Of a DNA stretch of 52,469 nucleotides, positions 37,586 through 47,374 are shown in pieces. Position numbers and translations under genes: made by a program. Position 1 is the stretch's first letter, and each line of letters opens with the position of its first letter. Below the pieces are notes generated by a model. That model made no database searches, was not told the DNA's origin, and was given only the letters and a program-made list of their open reading frames with translations. The stretch is taken from contig NC_068982.1 in assembly GCF_001194135.2 (NCBI RefSeq), positions 5,882,887 through 5,935,355 of the forward strand. Reading direction: 5' to 3'. Source of the DNA: Octopus bimaculoides (Eukaryota).

Positions 37586-38828
37586 ATATTCTATATTTTA
37601 TATATATTTATCAATTTTGTCTATACGGCTTTTACGCTTGCGGCCACTAATGTTATTTTTATGAATGATAATGTTCTTATATATAAACGCGGAGTAGATA
37701 AAACAGGGGACAACTGATGAAGGGAATGTTCTTTATGTTGCTTGCCTCGTTTCTCTATTTGTTTGGTTCTTTCGTTGTCCATAAAAAAGTTCGTTTTCTA
37801 TGTTTTTGTTTTTATGTTCTCGTTTCTCTTTTTGTCTACGTTTTTTATGTCCTGTACCCATGTATATATACATATATATGTAGGTATGTACATATATGTA
37901 TGTATATATGCATATATTTATATATCATATATATATATATATATATATANNNNNNNNNNACCACAATCTAATAACTGAAACAATTAAAAGATTTAAAAAA
38001 TATACAACTGAGAAAGAAGGCCCTGGATGTCTGAGTGTAATGAATGAAAATTTTAATGAAGGAATCAGGGGTGTGTGTAAATGTATTCAGTCATAATTCG
38101 AACCCGAATCATATGCTTCACTAATGAACTGTTTATCACGTATTCAATGACTCTTATCTTGCTCTGTGCATTGCAGAATTAAGTTAGATTGACATTGAAA
38201 AGGGTCATGTTCTCAGCCCCCTAAAACAACGTTTTTACCGATTTCTATGTTAAAAGAAATAATAAAGGATAGAAGAAAATTAGATGTTAAACTGGAGATG
38301 AAATTAAAAGTTTGAGAAGAAAGAGGAAATAAGAATTTGAGCAATTTTAGAGATATACCATCGTCGTCGTCGTCGTCGACGTCGTCGCCACCACCACTAC
38401 TGCCGCCAGCGTCATCGTCGTCATTGTCATCATCATCATCATCATCATCATCATTATCATTTAACATCTGCTTGCCATGCTGGTATGAGTTGGACGGTTT
38501 GACAGGAGCCGGCAAGTTGAAGAGGGGCACCAGGTTCCAATTGTGTGTCTTGGTATGAGTTCTACACCCGAATGCCCTAACCCTAATGCCAGTCACTTTG
38601 CATTGTACGGGTTGCTTTTTTTTTTTTACCAGCATCTGTGCTTTATACGTGGCACAGACCCGTGAGATTTTTACGTGGCACCAGCATGGATGTTTAATAA
38701 TGACACTAGTGGGGGGGGGGCGTCACAGGTGGCAGCGGCACAGGTGTTTTATTCGTGACACCGGCATGAGTTTTTATTACGTGGAACTAGCACAGTTAAT
38801 CAAAACAAAAACGAAGGATATTACTTAC

Positions 38829-39020
38829 TCTTTCAATGAGATCATTCTCTTTGGTAATCCTAAGTTGGTGTCTCCTTAAATCAATGATGTCAATTTTTTT
38901 GTTATTCACTTTAACCCTAAGTTGTGCTTGTAAAGGTTTCCGAAATATATTGTGGATGAACGCTATGTATATGACAACGATCAAAATGCAAAACAACAGC
39001 ACCTTTTTGCCTTTGATCAT
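38829..39020 (-). CDS. CHST15: CHST15/GalNAc4S-6ST-like sulfotransferase, coding exon 1 (cytoplasmic tail, signal anchor, stem)
   Basis: ATG at 39020: MIKGKK-VLLFCILIVVIYIAFI (type II membrane anchor)...ENDLIER. Phase-0 donor GTAAGT at 38828 matches the phase-0 acceptor of the next exon. A TTTCAG acceptor 35 nt upstream (exon starts 39055) implies a further 5' exon. Confidence 0.8.
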
Positions 39021-39110
39021 ACCAATTGATTTTAAAATTATCTTGAGATTCGAATCTGAAATTAAGTAAAAACAAGTTAGGATTTCGATGTTGGATTAAG
39101 TATCATAAAT

Positions 39111-39364
39111 ATTAGGTTGGTGCATAATTATTGCGGCTGTTTTTCAATAAATTTTATTCAACAAAAATAATAACAACATTTAACAAAAGCATCTTTAAAT
39201 GATTATTCCGACCGTCTGCCAAGCAAATGAGAAGCAGTAATTGAAGTAGATAGTGAATATACTCCGGAATAATCATTTAAATATGTTTTTGTTAAATATT
39301 GTTATTGTTTTTGTTGAATAAAATTTATTGAATAAAAGCTGCAATAATTATGCACCAACCCAAT
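39111..39364. mobile_element. Mariner MITE with long TIRs
   Basis: ATTAGGTTGGTGCATAATTATTGCGG...GCAATAATTATGCACCAACCCAATA; arms inverted for about 90 bp. Confidence 0.85.
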
Positions 39365-39386
39365 AGATAGATGGATAGATAGATAA

Positions 39387-39427
<41 letters not shown>

Positions 39428-39457
39428 CGCATACATAGACAGACAGACAGAGATAGA

Positions 39458-39489
<32 letters not shown>

Positions 39490-39497
39490 TAGATAGA
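39363..39497. repeat. (GATA)n/(GACA)n microsatellite
   Basis: Direct reading. Confidence 0.95.
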
Positions 39498-39745
39498 TTG
39501 GGTTGACGCATAATTATTGCGGCTTTTTTTCAACAAAAACAAAACAATAACAATATTTAACAAAAACATTTCCGAATGACGGTCTGACCGTCTGCCAAGC
39601 AAATGGAAAGCAGTAATTGCAGTAGATGGTGAATATGCTCCGGAATAATCATTTAAAGATGTTTTGTTTAAAGATGTTATTGTTTTTGCTGAATAAAATT
39701 TATTGAAAAAAAAAAAAAAACTGCAATAATTATGCACCAACCTAC
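39497..39745. mobile_element. Second tandem mariner MITE copy
   Basis: Same family and orientation as 39111-39364; separated from it by (GATA)n/(GACA)n. Confidence 0.8.
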
Positions 39746-40554
39746 GACTAGAATATTACCTATCATATAATGAGTAATTTTGAAAGTATTTTTTTTTACC
39801 ACTCTGAGTAATACCAGGAAGTAACAAACAAGAAATCCTATTTTATTTGTGACGGCTATTCCAAAAGTCTGCGAATTTAACTTAAAACCATTTTGACATT
39901 CTCTTTACTTTCTTTTTCTTTCTTATCTCCATCGCTTTTTTTGCTTAGTTTCTTCCATTTTGTATTTTCATGAAACAATTAATAGCAAAACCTTTACACA
40001 TTCATTTGGATGACGTTCGCTTCACTCGATAATATGGTGCAAGCATTGTAAATCCGATGTTCTTGTTTAGAGGTAAACAATCACGAACATAAAAGAAATG
40101 TAGAAGGGAAAAAGTGATTTGACAAGAGAGTAGGAAAAAAATGAAAAATGGGAGAGAAGATGAGAGCAAGGAAAAGATAAGAATAGAGAAATAAGATTAT
40201 AGAAAAAGAAATAAAAAAAAGTATGAGGAAATAGAAAAAACATAAAAGATAAGATTACAAAAAAAAAAAAAATAATAATGCGGAGAATGGGAAAGAATAG
40301 ATAGTGTGGATGAGAGAAAAAGACCGAAAAGTAAGATTAATAAAAATAGTTTTTGGCGGAATAATCTGCAGGAAAAAATATGAATGAAGGCAGCGGTAGA
40401 GTAAGGCGTTTAATTATGATCTTAATCATGATTATACATCTGAACCCCCCCCCCAAAAAAAAACTGTGTATCAGGGTCAGATTTATAGGGGTACGCAGAG
40501 GGCAATTAACTCGGGGATCTACAGGTACTGGGGCCCCACTTCCTTCCAAGCACA

Positions 40555-41228
40555 GGGCATGTGCTTGGAAGGAAGGTGTGTAGCGTGTGATCGTCGCATT
40601 GCCCATGACAGAGAAAGTTGTCATGGCAATACCTGCTCAGAGGCCTGCGCAAAGTTGTAGAAAGTGTATGGAGAGGAGTGTATGAGCCGCACAAAAGTGT
40701 ACCAGTGGTTCAGACGTTTCCAAGATGGCCAAAAAAAGAAAAAAAAAATGTCGATATTAACGAACGTTCTGCATCGTAGATGTGCATGCAGCTATGAGGG
40801 AAAATCGTCGAATCACCATCCGTGAGTTAGAGAATGTGCAGATTAGTTACGGTTCAGTTTAATCTATTATCACTGAAGATTTGGGTATGAGACGCGTGTC
40901 TAGCAAGTTTATGCGAAAACTGCTTTCAGATGACCAAAAAGACACTCGGGTTTTAGTTGTACAAGATCTTCTTGATTGTGTTGGGAAGATGAAAGCGCTT
41001 TGAAAACTTTGCGTAGGCCTCTGAGCAGGTATTGGTCAATGCGACCATCACATGCTACACACCTTCCTTCCAAGCACTGCTGTAAGCAGCAGAAGTGAGT
41101 TAGACGTTAAAACTTAGTGTACATGCACAGCAGAGTTCAAGGTCCGTCCCTGCCGAGCGGCTTTACGCTGCGTGCTTTAGCTTCGTTACTATGACAACAG
41201 TCCGGATACTTATTGATCAGACCTCGTA
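40555..41228. mobile_element. Second copy of the two-5'-end mariner element (left end missing)
   Basis: Homologous to 34900-35625, with the same internal junction TTTGAAAACTTTGCGTAGG; right TIR CAGTCCGGATACTTATTGATCAGACCTCG-TA. Confidence 0.85.
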
Positions 41229-41904
41229 TACGTGATGGAAACTCTTGTCGGTGACGACCTGCACAGGTAATTTGTTTATAGTGATCAAATGCATGTTCTG
41301 TACATGAGATCCTTCTCTTCATCAAATCAACGTTGTCTGAACAGGCGCACAGTGCACCACGCGTCAGATGTCGGAAGTGATCGCAGGACAACGTAAAATA
41401 AAGTGTTTTACTCAAAAACACAACGCACCAACCGTGCATGTATGTACGCATGCATACATATGTATGTATATGTTTATAAAATAAATGTTGGATGAAGCAG
41501 CTTTGGATAAAATATTATCATGTAAAGTCGTGTTTAACGCGTTCGATTGAAATCGCCAGTGATAAGACTTAAGTGTTGCAAGAATAATCCCTGGAGAAAT
41601 TCTACATAGACTTGTATAAACTCACATTTTGTTTTGGGTTGTGGGTGACGTCATTAGATCGTACGTAGGACGCATCCTTTTCAGCGCTGTTCCGTTTCGT
41701 CAGCTAAGAACACTGTCTCTTTTGTCCACAACCCCATTAAATACGAAATTATACTACTGTAAACAGCTAAAAAATTGTCAGCTGGAGTTAAATAATGCTA
41801 CAGTTACATGAATAGCACATATCTGCTCTACTTGTATTGTTGAGTTTTATTTACCCTGTTCACAGCATCAAACCTTTGCGTAAGTGTAAACATGCTTACA
41901 TAAC

Positions 41905-42660
41905 ATACTGGTTTCAAATCTTGGCACAAGGCCAGCAATTTCGAGGGGAAGGATTATGTCAATTAAATCGACCCCAGTGCTCGTCTGGTATTTATTTTAT
42001 TGACCCCAAAAGGAGGAAAGGCAAAGTCAACCTCGGTGGAATTTGAACCCAGAAAGTAAAGATCGGTGAAGTGTCGCTAGGCATTTTGCTCGGCGTGCTA
42101 ACGATTCTGGCAGCTTGCCTATTTATTTCAAGATATACATATTAACAACACACACACTCGCACACGCACTTACACGTTTTTACAAGCCGAAATATCTTTT
42201 GTTGATCTGAGTAAAGATGTATTCTTTTCTACTCTAGGTACAAGACCCGAAATGTTTGGGGAGGAGGGGCAGTCGATTACATCGACCCCAGCACGCAACT
42301 GGTACTTAATTTATCGACCCCCGAAAGGATGAAAGGCAAAGTCGACTTGGGTGGAATTTGAACTCAGAACGTGCAGACAGACGAAACACCGCTAAGCATT
42401 TCGCCCGGCGTTCTAACGTTTATGCCAGCTCGCCGCCTTTAATATTCTTCTCTACTCTAGGCACAAGGCCCCGAAATTTTAGGGGAGGGGACCAGTAGAT
42501 TAGATCGACCCCAGTACGCAACTGGTACTTAATTTATTGACCCCGAAAGGATGAAAGGCAAAGTCGACCTCGGCAGAATTTGAACTCAGAGCGTAAAGAC
42601 AGACGAAATATCGGTAAGCATTTCGCCCAGCGTGCTAGCGATTCTTTCAGCTCACCGCCT
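41905..42660 (-). mobile_element. Three tandem SINE family B copies
   Basis: Repeated GAAAGGCAAAGTCGACCTCGG...GAACTCAGAACG units at ~41905, 42225 and 42450. Confidence 0.85.
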
Positions 42661-43052
42661 TGGCAACGCTGGATATTTCAGCTACAATAGCGTATTTACG
42701 ATTTGGCACCCCACCGAATTTGTTCCCCCATAAACTTTTCTAAAAATGCGTATTTTTGAGTGAAGTTTTGCAGAGGCTCATTTTTTTCTTCTTTTTCTTT
42801 TTTGATGTATGCTGATAGCATTGAAATAATTTTGTGAGGAAGGAGTTTCAAGTCAGTCTTCCCTTCTCGATTAACTTTACCTACTTTTCTTATTAAAGTA
42901 CATATTTCTAAAATTGCATTTTGCAGAAATAGTTTCAACGATGTAGATTAACTCTTAATATGCTGTGTATTATGTTTCACTGCACTCTTAAACTACGTAC
43001 AACTGTTCGCATTTATTTTAATCCCCATCTTAATATACACTAATGACCGTAT

Positions 43053-43275
43053 ATTATTTATATTTGACGGATATTTGTCCTCATCTTGCTTGTTGTTAAC
43101 ATAACGTTTCGGCCGATATACCCTCCAGCCTTCATCAGGTGTCTTGGGGAAATTTCGAACTTGGGTTCTCATTCCTAAGGTATTTTTCGATGTTATTATT
43201 ATTATTATTATTCAGGTCAGCGCCTGGAATCGAACTCGGAATCTTGGGGTTAGTAACCCGCGCTCTTAACCACTA
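43053..43275 (-). mobile_element. tRNA-head/(AAT)n/hammerhead element, copy 3 (inverted, 5' truncated)
   Basis: Reverse complement of copy 4; ribozyme core intact. Confidence 0.88.
43098..43144 (-). ncRNA. Minimal type I hammerhead ribozyme motif
   Basis: GACAC-CUGAUGA-A-GGCUG-loop-CGGCC-GAA-ACGU-U-AUGUU; palindromic ACGU stem III; one stem I mismatch next to the cleavage site. Confidence 0.7.
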
Positions 43276-43276
43276 G

Positions 43277-43353
43277 GTCCACGGGCATATGGCATAGTGG
43301 TTAAGAGTGCAGGCTACTAACCCCAAGATTCCAAGTTCGATTCCAAGCAGTGA

Positions 43354-43413
<60 letters not shown>

Positions 43414-43602
43414 TAATATCAATAATAACATCGAAAAATACCTTCGGAATGAGAACCCATTCGAAATTTCCCCAAGACACCCGGTGAAGGCTGGAGGGTA
43501 TATCAGCCGAAACGTTGTGTTAACAACAAACAAGATGAGGACAAATATCCGTCAAATGTAAATAATGTACATAATTCCTCATCTCTCAAATATTGAACTG
43601 TA
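43277..43602 (+). mobile_element. tRNA-head/(AAT)n/hammerhead element, copy 4
   Basis: A-box TGGCATAGTGG, anticodon-like loop CTACTAA, B-box AGTTCGATTCC, (AAT)n, then hammerhead with core mutated to CCGGTGA. Confidence 0.88.
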
Positions 43603-43764
43603 TTAACCAATGACAGTGTTCATTTTTCCTCTACAAGAACTTTTGCTTTCTGGAAATTCCTGTGGCTGCTCCAATTTTCTCCATAAGCACCCGTCTTTAT
43701 AAATATGGCTATACATTAATTTCTTCGATTTCATCAGCCAATATGAAGTGGGAAGTTCAAAGGT

Positions 43765-44165
43765 AGCAAGCTGGCAGAATCGCTGGTTGGCCAGGCAAAA
43801 TGTTGCGCGGCATTTCGTCTGTTCTGAGTTCAAATTCCGCCGAGGTCGATTTTGTCTTTCATCCTTTCGGGGTCAATAAATTAAGTACCAGTTGCGTACT
43901 GTGGTCGATCTAATCGACTGGCCCCATCTCCAAAATTTCGGTCCTTGTGCCTAGCGTAGGAAAAAAAAAATCGATGGTAGACCAGGCAAAATGTGCTAAG
44001 CGGCATTTCATCTGTCTTTACGTTCTGAGTTCAAATTCCATCAAGGCTGACTTTGCCTTTCATCCTTTCGGGGTCGATAAATTAAATGCCAGTTGAGTAC
44101 TGGAGTCAAAGTAATCGACTTACTCCTCCACCAAAATTGCTGGCCTCGTGTCAGAATTTGAAACC
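43765..44165 (+). mobile_element. Two tandem SINE family B copies
   Basis: TTCTGAGTTCAAATTCC...TTTCATCCTTTCGGGGTC units at ~43765 and 43975. Confidence 0.85.
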
Positions 44166-44608
44166 AGTATGAATTGAGAAGAGTGATGGGTTCCTGTTTT
44201 ATTGCCCCCCTCCCTCTTTCACCAAATAAGGAAAATATATTTAATACTTATGTTACGTCTGTGTGATACAAATAACCGACAAACAAAACTACTCCCATGA
44301 GACTATTTTCTGTGTACAAGGTAGCGAAGCGTGTGTTAGCAGCCGACATGCAGATAAATTCAACACATTTACTATTAATTACATTTCGTATAAGCATAGC
44401 AAAATTCTCTCCCATACCACGTCCTGAACCTCACATATTTCAACTCTTTATGCGTTTAGTCAGAAAGTGTTAAAACATCTCAACTCACTTTAATCTAGCA
44501 ACTCGTCAGTTCCTGACATTTTCCAGCTATTAATTCCAACAGTGTGTTCCAAACTTTCCTACCGTTAACCTCATACTCTCTCTCTCTCTCCTTCCCCTAT
44601 ACACCGTT

Positions 44609-44733
44609 TACGAGGGGTTTATGAAAAGTTTTGAGCCTCAAAAAGAAAAAAAAAAAAAAAATTTCTGATGGAGGTACAAGACTTCAAGGTTCAAAGTCCT
44701 TGAAGGCTCAGAACTTTCCATACATCCCTCGTA
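44609..44733. mobile_element. Mini mariner MITE (125 bp)
   Basis: TA-CGAGGGGTTTATGAAAAGTTTTGAGCCT / AGGCTCAGAACTTTCCATACATCCCTCG-TA. Confidence 0.75.
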
Positions 44734-44999
44734 TAAGAATTTATTGTATCGGTAGTCCTCATGAAAAGCAACTTTTTATTTCTTTACTGCCCACAAGGGG
44801 CTACACACAGAGGGGACAAACCCAGTGCGTAACTGGTACTTATTTAATCGACCCCGAAAGGATGAAAGGCTAAGTCGAACTCGGCGGAATTTGATCTCAG
44901 AACGTAGAGGCAGACGAAATACCGCAAAACATTTCGCCCGGCGTGCTTAACGCTTCTGCCAGCTCGCTGCCAAGAAAAGCGACTTCTGTCACCATGTCA

Positions 45000-45700
45000 T
45001 GTGCCAGACTACCTCATTCATTCCGACGACCTAACTGATAAAAGAAATCGTGAACAATCAACTTCCTTATCATCCTCTCTTTCCGTAATCACCAGCAGAG
45101 TTTGATCTGAAGGAAATCTTACTCGCTAATAGTCATTCCCATTTTAGAATTCCAGCAGAAGCATTATCGTGAAGTATTTGACAATGTAGGACACAAGAGT
45201 CCTATGGGAAATTCATCTGCCATTGGGCTCTGTTGATTCCTTTATTAAGTGAGTGGAAATTTATCAGACAGCTACATCACATCGTGGGTTGACGAGACGC
45301 ACTTTCTTCTCTTTCCTCTTTCTCCCCTCCCCTTTCACTCTCTCACATTATATCGAATATAATACACTCAGGAATCTGTGATGTTTCAATGCAATTTTTG
45401 AAATATCAACGATCTTCTGTCTGTTACTTCTAACCAAACACATTCCTACATACACCTACCTCAACAGCCTCTCGTATAGATTCCTATTCAACCGTAGCCT
45501 AGACGTGTTAGTGCTTCTCTTCTACGAAACAGAGCGCTTAAAACATCCCCAGCAATATGTCCCACGATACGACCAAAACACACTCAGTTTACTTATCAAA
45601 GAAGAATACGTAAACCCATGAAATACAACTACAAACTTGAACAGCTTTTTAACTGCTATGCTTCATCTCGAAAACCCTTAAATAGCAGCAACACTTTAAT
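45000..45700 (+). mobile_element. Degenerate L1/Tx1-like RT fragment
   Basis: EVFDNVGHK (cf. KAFDSV.H) and LSPSPFTL (cf. LSPLLF); many stops. Confidence 0.3.
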
Positions 45701-45935
45701 AGTGTAGCTAAAGCTAACTCTCAAAAGGTTAGTCCTTTTTTCCACTTAATGGCTAGAAAACACTTCAGATCTTACTAGTGGCTGGCATTCTACGAGCTGT
45801 AAGTGCTATCTGCATTAGAGTTCAGCTTACATTTCTAGAATTTTTCATGAAGATAAGTTCGAAAATAGTCTAGCGATTAGTAAGTATGCCTTCATTCGTG
45901 CCATGACATTTAGCCTACCGACAAACTGTGTCTAA

Positions 45936-46402
45936 TGCTTTGTTTACAAAAGCCCTGCTTCTCTGAAGACAAAAGAAAAATGTATCGCCTTCCCCTTTTC
46001 TCGTTATAACTCAAGCCTATGAAGAAACCCCTGCTAAGCCGCTCGACAGCCATTTCTCCATGAAGTCACACCCTCTGTATTTATGTAGTTCTATATAACC
46101 CTGAAAGTGTCAAGATGTACTTGGTCATACGTCTGTTCTATCACAAATTACTTGGGGTTAAACAACAACGATAGTAACAATAGCTGTTTCCCATCACGAA
46201 ATCCTACATTAAAAACTTCACTACTTTCAGGGTTATGTAGAAATACATAAATACAGTAGAATGTGATTTCATGGAGGACTGGCTGTCGAGCGGCCTAGCT
46301 GGGGTTTCCTCATTGGCTCGAGTTATAACGAGAAATGGAGAAGCAGATACATTTTTGTCTTTTGTATTTTCTCTTAAGAGAAGGGCTTTTGTAGACAATG
46401 CA
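45936..46402. repeat. Fold-back element with ~180-bp arms
   Basis: TTGTTTACAAAAGCCC...CTCGTTATAACTC...GCCGCTCGACAGCC...ATAACCCTGAAAGT mirrored at 46210-46400. Confidence 0.85.
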
Positions 46403-46679
46403 GATCATCAATTTTGAAAATCTATTCGCTGCCTACATTTTCTAAAATATCAAATTATATTCTTTTCTATTTTAGGCACAAGGCCCGAAATTTTTTTTGG
46501 TGGGGAGGGGGGGGGTGCAGTCGGTTGCCTTCATCTCCCGAAAAGATGAAGGCAAAGTCGACCTCAGCGGAATTTGAACTCAGAACGTAGCGGCAGACGA
46601 AATACGGCTAAGCATTTCGCCTGGCGTGCTAACGTTTCTGCCAGCACGCCGCCTTAATATTAAATAATATCACAGCATC

Positions 46680-47040
46680 GGTAGATGTGGCTGTGTGACA
46701 AGAAGTTTGCTTCCCAGCTACATAGTTCCGGGTTCAGTCCCACTGTGTGGCATCTTGGGCAAGTGTCTTCAGGCCGACCAAAGCCTTGTGGGTAGAGTTG
46801 GTAGATGGAAACAAAAAGAAGCCCGTCGTATATTTGTATATATATGGATATATATGTGTGAGTCTGTGCCAGTGTTTCTCCCCTACCACCACTTGACAAC
46901 CAGTGTGGTGTGTTTACGTCTCCATAACTTAGCAGTTCGGCTAAAAAGACCGATAGAATACGTACTGCGGTCCAGTCGTTCAACTAAAAATTCTCGAAGG
47001 TGGTATCCCAGCATGGCCAAAGTCAAATGATTGAACAGGT
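46680..47040 (+). mobile_element. SINE family A copy
   Basis: GGCTGTGTGACAAGAAG head through CCCAGCATGGCC tail. Confidence 0.8.
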
Positions 47041-47054
47041 GAAAGATAAATATT

Positions 47055-47374
47055 TCAACGATGTGGAGTAATCGTGGCACTCTGTCGGAACAGCCAATCA
47101 ACAGAACAGCCTGCTCGTGAAATTAACGTGCAAGTGGCTGAGCACTCCACAGACACGTGTACCCTTAACGTAGTTCTCGGGGATATTCAGTGTGACACAG
47201 TGTGACAAGGCTGGCCCTTTGAATTACAGGCACAACAGAAACAGGAAGTAAGAGTGAGAAAAGTTGTGATGAAAGAGTACAGCAGGGTTCGCCACCATCC
47301 CCTGCTGGAGCCTCGTGGAGCTTTAGGTGTTTTCGCTCAATAAACACTCACAACATCCGGTCTAGGAATCGTGG
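47055..47374 (-). mobile_element. SINE-like interspersed repeat running into the gap
   Basis: GC-richer block; minus strand starts CGATTCCTAGACCGG (B-box-like) then GTTGTGAGTGTTTATTGAGCGAAAACACC. Confidence 0.5.

Noticed and set aside
40090-40330. Purine-rich tract as a special structural element
   Set aside because: Ordinary A/G low-complexity sequence with no clear mirror symmetry or periodicity.
43277-43355. Functional tRNA gene (Ser-like loop CTACTAA)
   Set aside because: The acceptor stem does not close, the copies diverge, and the head is always attached to the same repeat body.
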